Made by a program: the position numbers and the translations under genes. A stretch of 64,000 nt of DNA, taken from NCBI GenBank assembly GCA_951406725.2, contig OX597815.1, positions 186,310,001 to 186,374,000 on the forward strand, read 5' to 3'. Below the pieces are notes generated by a model. That model was given only the letters and a program-made list of their open reading frames with translations. It was not told the DNA's origin and ran no database searches. Source of the stretch: Octopus vulgaris (lineage: Eukaryota). Shown here in pieces: positions 42,634-56,604 of the stretch (position 1 is the stretch's first letter; every line of letters begins with the position of its first letter).

Positions 42634-43317
42634 ATATAAATCTCTGTTTCTGAAAATGCAATTACTTTCTTGAATCCACCGTGGTTTAAAACCCTTCCAG
42701 GTGTTGTCTTCTATATGAATAGATAGAATGTCATTTTGTATTTCCTTTTTACTCTCGGGAACGATGTTATTTGCGTTGTTTCCCAATCATTGGCACTAGG
42801 TTGGAAATAGTTTTGACTGTTCATGCCAAACTGTAATTATTCACCAGGTGGTGTTTCTATTTCAATTTACTAACAATAACGTTTCATGTCCACTGCCCGA
42901 AGAAATATCTTCTACGTGGTCGTTATATATGCCTGAAATAGCGAGGAAACCTCCTTACAATTGCACCACTACCATCTTCATGAAGGAAAGACGTCTTAAA
43001 AGGCTTTAAGCGTTCTTATGGTTTTGATTTTAGAACTTAGTTCATCAGGTTTGATATGGGTATGGACAACAACGATCAATTCCAGGACCAATTTCCATGG
43101 CTCATGAAGTACGATAGACCCACACTCACACATACAGATATATATTTATATATATATTAGTTTGTGTGTGTGTGTTTATAAATATGTATTTGTATAGATT
43201 TGTATATATAGATATATATATTAAAATTAAAATGCAGGTGAAAAATTGAGTATTAATTTGATAACATCAATTTAACACCAGTGTTCTAGCATATTAAAAA
43301 ACTGCATATTAAAATAC

Positions 43318-43527
<210 letters not shown>

Positions 43528-43645
43528 GTTAATTCGAGGAAGTTAAGTCCTCGTTAAGGATTATATAATCCAAAGCATTCCACTGGTTCAATTCGTATCA
43601 TATAATGGTAAAGTCATTTGTATATGTTTAGGATTATTGAAATTA

Positions 43646-43869
43646 TTGGATTGTCTGGAAAGTTCGTGCCGATTTATAGCAGCTTACCTTTCGACTTACC
43701 CTTCCAAGCACCACAATTCTGGGAAGAGGGTAGTTTCAAGTTAAAGGAAAGATGGAGACACATGTGCAACAAAATGGTTCGTATATGGTTGATTAAAAAA
43801 GTAATGGCAAGACTTTTTTCACTTTTTTCTTTCCTTTAAAAATCGGTACGAACTTTCCGGACAACCCAA
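43646..43869 (+). mobile_element. mariner-derived MITE
   Basis: TIRs ttggattgtctggaaagttcgtgccgattt / aaatcggtacgaactttccggacaacccaa; C-terminal transposase peptide FWEEGSFKLKERWR. Confidence 0.88.
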
Positions 43870-44101
43870 TTTTAATATGAGGGAAAAACAAGAAGAAAAT
43901 GGTGAATAAATGGATGTAATTACTGATTTATTTGCATCTTGTACGAAGGTGACGTTAATTTGTAATATTTTATTTTTTAAAATTCCATCTTTCTACAACA
44001 TGTAAATAAATAATTAATTACGTCCATTTTTTCTCAATTTTCTTCTCACTGTTTTCCCCATACATGCATACACACACACACAGACACACACACACAGACA
44101 G

Positions 44102-44138
<37 letters not shown>

Positions 44139-44139
44139 G

Positions 44140-44490
44140 TGGCACTCTATCGCTTACGAGACAAGGGTTCCAGTTGATCCGATCAACGGAACGGCCTACT
44201 CGTGAAATTAACGTGCAAAGGACTGAGCACTCCACAGACACGTGTACCCTTAACGTAGTTCTCGGGGAGGTTATAGTGTGACGCAGGTAGAACAGAAACG
44301 GGAAGAAAGGGTGAGAGAATACTGTGGTGAAAGAATACACCAGGGTTCACCATCCACCCCAGTGCCGGAGCATCGTGGAACTTCAGGTGTTTTCGCTCAA
44401 TAAACACTCACAACGCCCGGTCTGGGAATCGAAACTGCGATCCTATGACTGCGAGTCTGCTGCCCTAATCACTGGGCAATTGCACCTCCA
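44140..44490 (-). mobile_element. SINE family C (alternative 3' tail)
   Basis: tRNA-like head homologous to 4600-4698; tail differs. Confidence 0.85.
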
Positions 44491-44503
44491 CACATACACA
44501 CAC

Positions 44504-44552
<49 letters not shown>

Positions 44553-45234
44553 TATTTTCAACTAGAGAGGAGGATAATCAGAAAAAGAGAGAATTGGAGA
44601 CAGAAACCAATTTTCTCAAATACATACTTGCCATGAGGAAAAGCATGTTAGGTATAGCGCCTTTATCCTGACAAGCCTTTCTTTGTTGCTGAATGCCTTG
44701 AATGAAAAATTATGAATTCCTATTACAGCTGAATCGCGCATTAACCCTAATTTCTCAAGCTAAATTTGTTGCGTGATACCTTGTTTGCAATTTCTAATTC
44801 TGTTCAATCATTTTATCAATATACAAAACCCACGCTATTTCTTTGAATGAGGAGAACATTCTCCAAAAAAGCACATGGGAACATAATACATGTTAATTTC
44901 TTCTGAATGTTTTGTATTTATAGAATAACAAAATTGCACCTCAAAGCATAACTGTTCTCTACAGGGCCAGTAATTCCTGAGCTTTGTTCAGATACTGACT
45001 TGCTACAACGCTCATTTGAGAGCCTCGATGGAATACTTATCTCATTCTGGGAAGCCATTGTTACAGAACATTCACACGTGCTAGATCGTTTCCGGAAATC
45101 GAACCGACACGCTAAACAAAACCTAATCCACCAACACATTATAATCTCTAACCCATTAACATTCTGACTCTACACTCTGCCCTTTGCATCAGCACCGTTA
45201 ATTTTGATCTCCAGATATAAGATATTTCAAAATT

Positions 45235-46085
45235 CAAGGGGCCTTCCAGAAGTTTCGAGACTTTGAAGGAGAGGTAGTTATCTCTATCCTAGATTATTGC
45301 AATTTTAATCTTTCATTACCATACGCCTAATATGATGACCTGCTCACTTTTGTTAGACGACCACTAAACAGTGTTGGTCACAGCTGACTAGTTTGAAGAA
45401 TGTAGTCGGGGCCTTCGAAAGCTCCCTATGCAATAAAAATTGGTGTTAAATTGAGAAATGACGCTACAGGAACTTGTGAAATGCACCAGACTGCCTATAC
45501 ATTAAATTACTCGCTCTATCACTAGTCGAAGAGGAAGTGAGAGATTATGGGAGGAACTGGAAGGAAAGGGACATCAGAACATTAGAGCTGATGGAGAAAA
45601 CTTTCGATTTTCAGAACTAGGATCATTATGTGTCCATAAAGACAATAAGCATGCAATTTGAAGTTGGTGTGACGGCTGTACATAGAATTATTCACGAAAA
45701 TCTGAACAGTCGTAAAATTTATGCAAAGTTTTTCTCAGGGTGCTCAGTGAATAACATCTTGCTAACCTACTATTTGACGGAGATATACATCAAAGCTGCC
45801 CATCACTCTCCCTGCAGTCCAGATTCGTGACTTTTGGTCATTTCCCAAACCGAAAGAGAACCCCAGTAGAAGTTAGTTTGAATATCAAGGAAATTGTGAC
45901 AAGGGGCCTGGAAGCGTCCACCTTGGCGGTCTTCAATGGAGCCTTCACAAATCGGTTGGACCGCTACAACAAATGCATTGACATCAAAGGATACTACTTT
46001 GAAGGAGATTAAAGTTTTGTAATTCTTTGAAATTAATAAATGTCTCTCCTGAAAGTATATCAAAATTTCTGGAATATGCCTTCTG
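45235..46085 (+). pseudogene. Degenerate mariner transposase element
   Basis: VHRIIHENLNSRKIYAKF, HSPCSPD, RYNKCIDIKGYYFEGD*; degenerate TIRs. Confidence 0.85.
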
Positions 46086-46376
46086 CTTACTTCCCCCCAA
46101 GTCACCCTGGAAAACTTATATCTCCCACTCAAATCACCTATACTCTACCTGCTCATTCTCTATCCCAAAGCCCCGCATCGACTTAGAAGTATGCGTGTTA
46201 TTTCTTCCCCAGAACGACACACTTGTATAATTCTCTCCATACTTCCGTTTTTGTTTCTTCCAAATGATGGATTCTTTTACGTCCATGTTGAACATCAGCC
46301 CTATCAAACCTTAAGGCATTTGGTTGTCCAGCGAAGGTCATTGCTTATTTCCTGTTTTGTTATACATACATACATG

Positions 46377-46409
<33 letters not shown>

Positions 46410-46410
<1 letters not shown>

Positions 46411-46820
46411 TATAAAATTTATGAATAAATGAAAGAATGGAGTTGAACGACAAATTAACAAATTTCCTTTATTTTCGACATATGTTTCGAAGGCTGCATA
46501 TTCCTAATTGTGAAGGAATAAGGAGTACATTATGCCGCTTTCTCATCAGGTAAAAAAAAGAAATTAATGTCAACATCAAGATTCACAAAAACTTTTAGAT
46601 GACTGCTCTCACGGAGCGCATAGCGATAATTTGTTAATTTGTCGTTCAACTCCATTCTTTCATTTATTCATAAATTTTATAAAAATACACAAATTTCCAC
46701 ACGAAAACACGTAGTCTCTGCCCTAGGCACGTAACTTCAACCGTGTTATTTCTGATGTGAATTTGCTACCCAGGTATCGGTTAAACGAATTATCCATAAA
46801 AAGATATTTCATTTTTCTAC

Positions 46821-46825
<5 letters not shown>
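46410..46825. mobile_element. Small fold-back element in (TA)n with an internal hammerhead
   Basis: IR 46410-46464 / 46628-46682, then a unique tail to (TA)n. Confidence 0.8.
46473..46554 (-). ncRNA. Type I hammerhead ribozyme motif with long stem II
   Basis: Minus strand: tttac CTGATGA gaaagcggcata...tatgcagccttc GAAAC atat GTC gaaaa. Confidence 0.72.
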
Positions 46826-46878
<53 letters not shown>

Positions 46879-48077
46879 ACCGCACCTTAAAAACTCATAC
46901 CATATATTAACAACATATTTAGAGATGTTATGATATCTATCTGGTTCCTACTGCTTTATAGATAGTGTAATAAACAGAGTGACTGAAAAATTAAAATTTA
47001 CCAGAAAAAAATTTGTAGTTAAAAATATTAAGTGATTCTAAATACTAGCTTTTACACGTAAGTAGATAATTTCTCACCGAACTCTCGAAAGAGGCATGAA
47101 AAAAAAACGTAACAAGATATATTCTACGAAAACAAATTTTACTTACATTTCAACATCTCTGCGTGATGGAAAGTGTTGTAAAATATAATCTAAATTGATA
47201 ATGCATAGATAAACAGCTAAGTGGTTTGTTACAACAAATTCCTGTTTAAGAAAAGAAAATTACGACAAATGGATCTTCCGTCTGTTTCGACAATGAGCTT
47301 TTCGGGTGTGTTATTACCAAGGCAACTTGCATATTTTATTAGCCCTTAAATGGATAAGTATTCCATAGCCAGTTGTACGCTTCGCTGATTGACAGGTGAC
47401 ATTATCGTTTAGAGAATGCGTGGGCTGAAGCTACGCGCCTTCATTGGTCAGGTAAAGTTGAGACAGTGTCACGTGACAAGTTACTGGGGCTGCCTGCTGG
47501 AGCCTTGCAGCAGGTATTTAAAGGGAAAAAATTTGACAAGTCAGTCAGTCACTGGCTGACACTCGCTGACGATACATCGAAGAGGCCAGGAAACAGAAGA
47601 GAGAAGAGGAAAGAAGACATGCACCCAACACCAGATCTGAAGACACCTCCGAAAGGGAGCGAGGAGCGCCACATCTAAACGGTAGAGGAGTAGGGGCCGA
47701 AATCGGACGTGGTTCCTCCTGATGATGTCTTGAGCTAACTGGATCCTATAAAGGAGCTATTGTGGTAGCAGACCACGAAACACGGTTGAAATTCCTCAAG
47801 TAGAAATCTGTGTAAGATAGTGTATGACAAAGCATGCCATTTAAATTAGAGTTACATTCTATCAGATGAACTTCACTCACTCATTCTATCTACTCACTTT
47901 CATTCCCAAACCTGGTGCAGATCCGAGCTAACGGCAGAATCCCAAGATATCATTCGGTTGTATCGAATCCAAGACACCAAAGTTTTAGAAAAAACTATGT
48001 AGCTTTGCAGTTACGTCTGCACCAATACTCGCAACAAGCTTCCTTATATGTGAATGGGCATCTCGTTTAATATTTAC

Positions 48078-48265
48078 TTGCTCTTTTACTCTTTTACTTG
48101 TTTCAGTCATTTGACTGTGGCCATGCTGGAGCACCGCCTTTAGTCGAGCAAATCGACCCCAGGACTTATTCTTTGTAAGCCTAGTACTTATTCTATCGAC
48201 CCCTTTTGCCGAACCGCTAAGTTACAGGGACGTAAACACAAGCGATGTTGGAGGGACAAACACAG

Positions 48266-48338
<73 letters not shown>

Positions 48339-48365
48339 CGACGGGCTTCTTCCAGTTTCCGTCTA
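48078..48365 (-). mobile_element. SINE family A, 5'-truncated
   Basis: Tail and body match 15965-16240. Confidence 0.9.
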
Positions 48366-48589
48366 CAGTTAACCTCATTAAGCTTTAAAATAAGAACGGA
48401 AATAGATTTTCTGAACAGAGCAATCCATTTTCTGACGTCTTACTTTGCAACTCGAGAAATGTTAACATAAGACAGAAAAGGGCTTTTCCCCAAAAGCGAA
48501 GAATTATGAAGGTTTTTTTTAACATATTTATTTCAAATTAATATACTTATTAAAATATTCCTGTATGAAAAGATAATTCGAATTCGTTT

Positions 48590-48807
48590 AACATTTTTTT
48601 CAACAAATCTTATTCAAGAAAAACAATAACAACATCTAACAAAAATGATTATCCCGGAGCATGTTCACCATCTACTTCAATTACTGCTTCCCATTTGCTT
48701 GGCAGACAGTCAAACCGTCATTTAAAGATGTTTTTGTTAAATATTGTTATTGTATTTGTTGAATAAAATCTGCTGAAAAAAAGCCACGATAATTATGCAT
48801 CCACCCA

Positions 48808-48862
<55 letters not shown>

Positions 48863-49119
48863 GCTGGTTCATAATTATTGCGGCTTTTTTGTTTTCAACA
48901 AACTTTTTTCAACAAAAACAATCATAGCATGTAACAAAAACATCCTTGAATGAATATTCCGGAGCATATCCACCATCTCCTTCAATAACTGCTTCCCACT
49001 TGCTTGGCAGACGGTCAGACCGTCATTTACAGATGTTTTTGTTAAATATTATTATTGTTTTTGTTGAATAAAATCTGTTGTATAAAAAAAAAAGCCGCAA
49101 TAATTATGCACCAAACCAA
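48590..49119 (-). mobile_element. Two tandem mariner-derived MITEs (48590-48808 partial, 48859-49119 complete)
   Basis: TIRs ttgtgctggttcataattattgcggc / gccgcaataattatgcaccaaaccaa, TA flanks, peptide DRLPSKWEAVIEGDGGY. Confidence 0.85.
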
Positions 49120-49449
49120 TAATAAGTTATTTAGCGTGTGCCGTTCAAATATGAATCGTCAATAGTAAGCCATTGTCATCTATGATAAATTTGTCAGAAT
49201 TGTAAGACCGATAAAATGAAGGAATATTTTACTTGTCAAATACTTTTACAATCAAATATTGCCGCAGACGGTTTTGTAGTCAATTCTACTGAAATCGGCA
49301 AATGAAATACAATATAGTATTTTCTATTAATTTTCTATTTCTGTTAAATGTAACTTTTCTTGATTCCCGTAAGCAAGCCCGGAAAATCATTCAAAAGCTT
49401 ATCCTACCATCCTGACTTACTTGACCACTCCCCCATTCACGTTTTTGTC

Positions 49450-49745
49450 TGCAAATTACGCGAATACTATGGTATAATGAAAACTCAATGGCTTTAGAAG
49501 CAACGACAACGTATTTGTATGAATATTCGACTGGTGTGCATCCAGAGCTAGATAAAAAAAAATGGATGTTGTCTTGTGTAGGATACACTGCTGGAGACAA
49601 AGAGAACGAGAGGTAGAACAGGTATGGAACCATACTTCTCCATGTAAAGTGTGAGCATCTGGAAAAGTTCTCCGATTTCAACTCTCTGCCGAATGGAGAG
49701 TAGAAAATCGAGACACCATGAGAGCGGAAGAATCAATTGTTTCTA
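49450..49745 (+). pseudogene. Ancient RTE LINE 3' end relic
   Basis: IHCWRQRE...VW...VENRDTMR resembles RTE GHCWRSK..LW...MEDRD.WR; followed by a microsatellite tail. Confidence 0.45.
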
Positions 49746-49762
49746 AAACAAAGAAAAGCGAA

Positions 49763-49788
49763 GTAGCAGCAGCAACTGCAGCAGCAGC

Positions 49789-49856
<68 letters not shown>

Positions 49857-49872
49857 CTGCAGTAGCAGCAGC

Positions 49873-49922
<50 letters not shown>

Positions 49923-49983
49923 GAACAGCAGCAGCAGCAGTAGTAGTAGTGGTGGTGGCGGCAGCAGCAGCAGCAGCAGCAAC

Positions 49984-50034
<51 letters not shown>
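49763..50034. repeat. (GTA)n/(GCA)n microsatellite
   Basis: Visible repeat. Confidence 0.97.
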
Positions 50035-50460
50035 CTAGTTAGCAGGTATTCTATCTTAAGGCTTGGTAACAAAATTCTCCTCAACTTCCAATCATCCTTC
50101 GGATTCTGGAATGTTTATAAGATCGATGTTTTCCACAATGCGAGTTTTGATTCCAATTTCTATCAGGTAGCATCTTTGATGCCGTGCCAAGTGTACCTAT
50201 TCCTCCTTCACCAGGGCTGCCTGTGCTGCTATTGATTACTATCTAAATATAAATGCTTCATCCAAATGCAAACTTTGTATTATCTAATTCCTTTATCTGA
50301 AGAATTTCTAGTAGGAAATCCCTTACATTGTTATCGAACATATAAAATTTTGTAACTCCAATTAGCAAATGAAACACGTGTAATGGTGATTAAATAGTAT
50401 CAAAAAATTGCTTATTTCCTCTTTTGCTATACATATACATATACACACACACACACACAA

Positions 50461-50700
50461 ACCGGGCGTAGTTAGTGATTGAGTGTTTATTGAGCGAAAA
50501 CACCTAAAAGCTCCACGAGGCTCCGGCAGGTGGGAGTGGCGATCCCTGCTGTACTCTTTCGACACAACTTTCTCTCACTCTTTCTTCTGTTGGCCTGCTC
50601 GCTTACCCAGCGGGGTAGCGTCATTTGAAGGCCAAAACAATGGGAAGCACATTGTGACTAGCGATGTGTAACAGCATCTGATAGCCTGGTCGGTCAAGTG
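50461..50700 (+). mobile_element. Headless SINE family C variant
   Basis: gagtgtttattgagcgaaaacacctaaaagctccacgag core shared with other family C copies. Confidence 0.75.
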
Positions 50701-50776
<76 letters not shown>

Positions 50777-50976
50777 GTAAACAAGAATATTATTGACAGT
50801 TAATTGGAGGTTTGGGCTACTTGAGCCATCGTCGGACTTGTCAATAATATTCGCCTTTAAGAAATTTGTACTCAACAAAAGTACAGAGTAACCCATCAGA
50901 ATAATGTAAAATTATCTATATTATAACAGAACACACACACACACACGTGCTCCCGTACACATACACACACACACAC

Positions 50977-51034
<58 letters not shown>

Positions 51035-51516
51035 AGAGGTATTAAATTAAATTTGAAAGACTCCAATATGCAGTTAGAAATTGGAGTACGTATATATTCT
51101 CATGGTACAACTAAATTTATTCACATTAGCATATATATTTTTTACACACTAAAAGCTTTTCATTACGTGCAACACTTTTCCTTTATTCCTTAAATTCTTT
51201 GGATTTCAGTAAACATAACGAATGATGATTAATATGATAGAAGCAGTGTTTAAGCGCCATCACTTAAGCCACACCGAAACTGAGCGTAATAGAGTGCGAT
51301 GCCTCGTGTAATAAACATTCAAACGGTTTTGTTGGTTTTCATAGTGTATACAGACAATTTTTTTGAGAAACCGTGTTCAATGTGTCTTTCCATTTGTGTT
51401 ACCTATACGATATACGTGTGTGTTTGTGCATGTATAACTACATTTATATTTGTATGTATGTATCTTATACACAAACACACACAGACTGAGATATACATAC
51501 ATATATATATATATAC

Positions 51517-51548
<32 letters not shown>

Positions 51549-51550
<2 letters not shown>

Positions 51551-51868
51551 GAAAAAACAAGTCAAAATAGAAAATGCTAAAATAATTTTATAAAGAACAT
51601 TTCATTCACAACGGCCTCGAACACACAAGTGCAAACAAGGGAGGCAAAGAAAGGCAGAATGCCACTTATATTTGAACACTATACAAATATTCCTTTAAAA
51701 AAACTTTTCTTTTAATTTTTCTAAATTTAATTATTTAATCGTTACAGTTGAAAAGGTCTCAAAATGACCGAAACCGGTACTGAAATGTTCTTTATAAAAT
51801 TATTTTAGCATTTTCTATTTTGACTTGTTTTTTCATATATATCAACTCGTGTGTTCCTTTTCATCCCT
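51549..51868 (+). mobile_element. Small fold-back element in (TA)n with a U3-A8 hammerhead
   Basis: IR 51549-51604 / 51781-51836 plus ~30-bp tail. Confidence 0.82.
51745..51782 (+). ncRNA. Minimal hammerhead ribozyme motif, U3-A8 core
   Basis: cag TTGAAAA ggtc-tcaaaat-gacc GAAAC cg GTA ctg. Confidence 0.78.
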
Positions 51869-51892
51869 ATATATATATATATATATATATAT

Positions 51893-52112
51893 TTCTTTAT
51901 TGCCCAGAAGGGGCTAAACATAGAGGGGACAAACAAGGACAGACGAAGGGATTGAGTCGATTACATCGACCCCAGTGCGAAACTGGTACTTTATTTATCG
52001 ACCCCGAAAGGATGAAAGGCAAAGTTGACCTCGGCGGAATTTGAGCCCAGAACGTAACGACAGACGAAATACCGCTAAGCATTTCGCCCGGCGCGCTAAC
52101 ATGTCTGCCAGG
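51893..52112 (-). mobile_element. SINE family B
   Basis: Matches other family B copies. Confidence 0.92.
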
Positions 52113-52450
52113 TCATCAGTGTAGGTGTGTTGAGCCATAAGTTCATAAAAACGGTTTCCTGGATTCTGTGCCGTATATACTTCCTCGCCTCCTCCGGACG
52201 GAACGCCGGCCCTTCAAACGATACGTCTTTTGTGATCTAAGTGGCCTGAAGCAATATGAAACGATTTGTTTTGCTCAAAAACACAACCCTTTGCTCTCGG
52301 TTCAGTTATCGAAACCACACTCTTGCGATCGTGTGTGCAACACCCTGACCTTCAATCTAAGTGCACCTATGTATGTATGTATGTATGTATGTATGTATGT
52401 ATGTATGTATGTATGTATGTATGTATGTATGCATGTATGTATGTATGTAC

Positions 52451-52485
<35 letters not shown>

Positions 52486-53065
52486 TAATCCAAACAAGAA
52501 AACAAAAAGACAACAACGCGAGGATGTGGAACAAATAAAGTATTATTGGATGCTCAGGAAAGAAGGGAAGAAAGAGGGTATGACGTTTCGAGCGTAGCTC
52601 TTCGTTGGAAACATAGGAGAAAGAAAGATCCGAGGTGGGAGGACAGAGGGAAAAAAATGCAAGTGGTCTTCACGAGGTCACATACTGAAAAGGCGCGGAA
52701 GTGGTAAAAAAGATGGAGCATGATTTCAAAAACAGGAGAGCGGAATCAAAGAAGGAACGGTAAACAAAGGTGTGCGAGATGACAAAGGTGTGTGAATGTG
52801 TGCGTGTGTGTGTATGTGTGTATATGGTCGGCAATGGCTAGTGGCAAGCAGCAATTAGCGAGTCAGGAAGGCAGGTCAGAAACAGGGAGGAATGTGAGTG
52901 TGCGTGTATATGTCTCGTGTGTGTGTTTTGTTGTTGTATGTGTGTGTGTACGTGTGCGTTTTTTGTGTGTATGGCGAGTAACTGTGCTTAACTAAGTGTA
53001 TGTGTGGGTGTGTGGGTGTGCTTGTATGTGCGTATATGTATAATTGCGTGCATGTATGTAATATA

Positions 53066-53094
<29 letters not shown>

Positions 53095-53096
<2 letters not shown>

Positions 53097-53308
53097 TTAG
53101 GGAGTAAATCCAAACTTACAGGGGAAAATTAGATTTAGGATTAAATCCAATTTTATAGTATAAATATATTATATTAAATTAGAGCTAAAACCACTATTAA
53201 GCAAATCAAAAAGTGAAAATCATAAGCCAATACATAGAAATAAAATTAATTAAAAAATATAAAAGTTAAAATTTAAACATTATTTAAATAATTTAAACTT
53301 ATAAATTT

Positions 53309-53373
<65 letters not shown>

Positions 53374-54984
53374 ATTTTTATATTATTTTATTTATTTATT
53401 TATTTATTTTTACTTTTTTTTATTAAATTATATAAATATCAAAAAGTATTAAAAGTTTAATAAAAGATAAAGTTACTCTAACCAATTCGAATAACAATAA
53501 TTCAAATTCAATTAATAATTCGAATTATGGTTACAGTCAATCTTCAGGTTAATTGTAATATTTTAATAAATAATCAGAAATATTTAAACAATATTTTAAA
53601 GAAATAAATAATATAATAATTATACTTATAAAAAAAACTATTTTATCAAACTAGAAACTTAATACTTAACGATTATGATTATATCAAAACATCTATCATA
53701 ATGTTAAATATTAATTTTAATTTTTAAGTATTAATTTTTAAGGTAAGAAACCCACCAATAATCTAATATCTGTAATAGTCAATATCTAATTACATAAATA
53801 TTTTACAAAAAAAAATGACTATTATATATATAAATTATCAATGAAAATATATAAATGTATATAAATATTATAATTAAGATCTAAAATAAACTCTATAAAT
53901 AAATATATATGCACATATAATAAATACCTAATAAATTATTTTTTCATATTTAAAGATGAAATAGCTAATTTCAAAAATACAAACAAACAATCTTAAACGA
54001 ACGCTATAGTATATTAACTATCTTTATATCTCGTTGGCTAAATAATAACTTTCGGAAATCTTATATTTAAAATACTTAAAGAAATAATCAATTCGTAGTT
54101 ATATAGTATCAAATAAATACTATAAATACTATAAATATATTTATCAATGGGAATAAAACTAGCAAATATCCATTTAAAAAGACAATATATAAGTTAAAAT
54201 AATAATTATAAGAAATTTAAAACTACAATTAATGCTATTAATACATGTATATACATAAACCTAACATTAAACAACTCGCATACTTGCTACCAAACAACAT
54301 ATCTATCGCTAAGTAAAATCTTACGAATAAACTTAAAGTTAATATCTAATAATTATATAGAAAATTACGATAATTAGATCATTACATAAACAACGATATT
54401 TACATAAAGAAACAATATTATTACACCAAAGACTTATAAAATATTAAAATTTAAAATTTAAAGATCTTAGATATAAATATATACTTAGCTTAGCGAGGTT
54501 TTGTGATGAACTAACATTTTGAATCGGAAAACGTCTTTACAGCGTTTATAAGAATACTCGTGGAATTACGTTATTAGCAAAAAAAGAATAAATTGTTGAA
54601 GAATTCATTAAGCGTGAGGAACAAATACGCTTTATCAATGAAGATTGTTAATGGGAACAGTTATGGTTTATCAATAAATGTAAATAGAATGAAGTCACAA
54701 ATAGAGAATAGAATCACTCTATACCATAAGATTTATTAATAAAATAACTACGATAAATAATACTTAATACAGAATAAATTAAATAATTAAAAACCACTAA
54801 TTATTATATATACTCTAAAAATCTTATATAATTAATGAATATATAAAAAAAGTTTTATAGTAAACCTAAACGTACTATAAATTGTTTCCCAGTACTCTTA
54901 TAATAATAAGCTAAAATTAGAGATCATAACAAAAATCTCTAAAATACTTATCATAATTTGAGGTATAACTATACATACGGATAC

Positions 54985-55037
<53 letters not shown>

Positions 55038-55923
55038 CATACATACATACACATATACACACACATACATACATGTACATACATACAATACTCAATATAT
55101 ACACATACACATATATACACACACCCACATATACACATACACCCACACACACACATATAAATAAATGTATATACATATACATTTATATACACGCACATAA
55201 ACATATAGACATATATACATACATACACACACAAACACATATATCATATAAATACGTATATAAATGTCTATATTCATACTTCAATACAAAAATAGAGGTA
55301 AACATTAAGTTTAAACTATATATTTAATCTTACTAATCTATACTTCTATATTAAATAAAATAGATTAAATAAACATCTAAATAAATCTATTTCAAATATA
55401 AAGAGATTACATACAAATAACTATAATTAAAAACAGAACCTAAATAACTAAAATAAATACCAAACCTTATAAGAAAATAAAAAATAAAAAATTAGAAACA
55501 CAACACTATTATGAAGTAATATCTTTATATATTACATTATTTATTTAATATAACATATAAAAAAACCATGTAATAAGTACTATAAATCACCAACTATATT
55601 TAGAATACTATTACATAAATCAACAAATAAGAAACTAATTAGGGCTAAGAAATATTCATTATTTATCTAGAAATTTATTATATGTGTAAAGTAACTTGTG
55701 TCTGCATTTTATTTTGCGCTCATCCCAGGTATTCACTAAATTATCATGCTTATAAAATAAAATTTCCTCATTTGAACATAAATAACAAAAATTCCCTCCT
55801 ATACTATAAGATTTAGCCTTACTAATTATAAAATTTTATATTTTTTAATTAATTTTATTTCAATGTATTGGCTTATGATTTTCACTGTTTGATTTGCCTA
55901 ATAGTGGTTTTATCTCTAATTTA

Positions 55924-55933
<10 letters not shown>
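53095..55933. mobile_element. 2.8-kb extremely AT-rich non-coding element with asymmetric terminal inverted repeats, in (TA)n
   Basis: ~53165-53263 is inverted against ~55834-55933; 53095-53165 extension is homologous to the tail at 16665-16745. Confidence 0.75.
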
Positions 55934-55985
<52 letters not shown>

Positions 55986-56446
55986 TTCCTTTCTTTCGTA
56001 CACTCCTTATTTCCTCTTCACATTATATTCTCTTCTCTAGCCTTGCTCTCTACACATTCTGATCGAATCGTCCGTGCGTCGACATGTTCCTCCTTACGAC
56101 AATGTAAACACTATTTAATCAAGATACCTTTGGCCTGCCGAATACACCTCGCTTGGATATTTACTGCTTCCGAGGTTCCGCTCGCTATGAAACATATGTA
56201 GCACGCATATTATGTACTCCATTCCTTAACTCTTGTATTTTATTCGAATACCCGGCAAGCCTGCATTCCTACCGTAAAATATAAAATATTTCTTCTGTTT
56301 ATCATACTTCGATACGGAAACAATCCACACAATCAATAAACCACTTTCAAGCTGTTTTTTTTTTATTTTCTATTTTTTATTTTTTTATTATTTTTTTATT
56401 ATTTTCTTGAAGCTAACTGTCTTCCTACACCTCGATTCTTGGATCT

Positions 56447-56498
<52 letters not shown>

Positions 56499-56565
56499 AA
56501 TATATGCATAAATACATACATGCCTACACACACATACATATATACATACATACACATATACATAC

Positions 56566-56604
<39 letters not shown>

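Noticed and set aside
44918-45170. Open frames on both strands with plausible acceptors
   Set aside because: No recognisable protein; neighbouring minus-strand peptides look like a decayed LINE RT region
49421-49547. Apparent minus-strand exon with good splice sites (SGCTPVEYSYKYVVV...)
   Set aside because: Overlaps a + strand RTE 3' relic (HCWR motif) and no phase-compatible neighbouring exon was found; not excluded, but unsupported
53400-55900. Mitochondrial insertion (NUMT) suggested by extreme AT content
   Set aside because: No mitochondrial gene, rRNA or tRNA motifs recognised; bounded by repeat-family inverted ends
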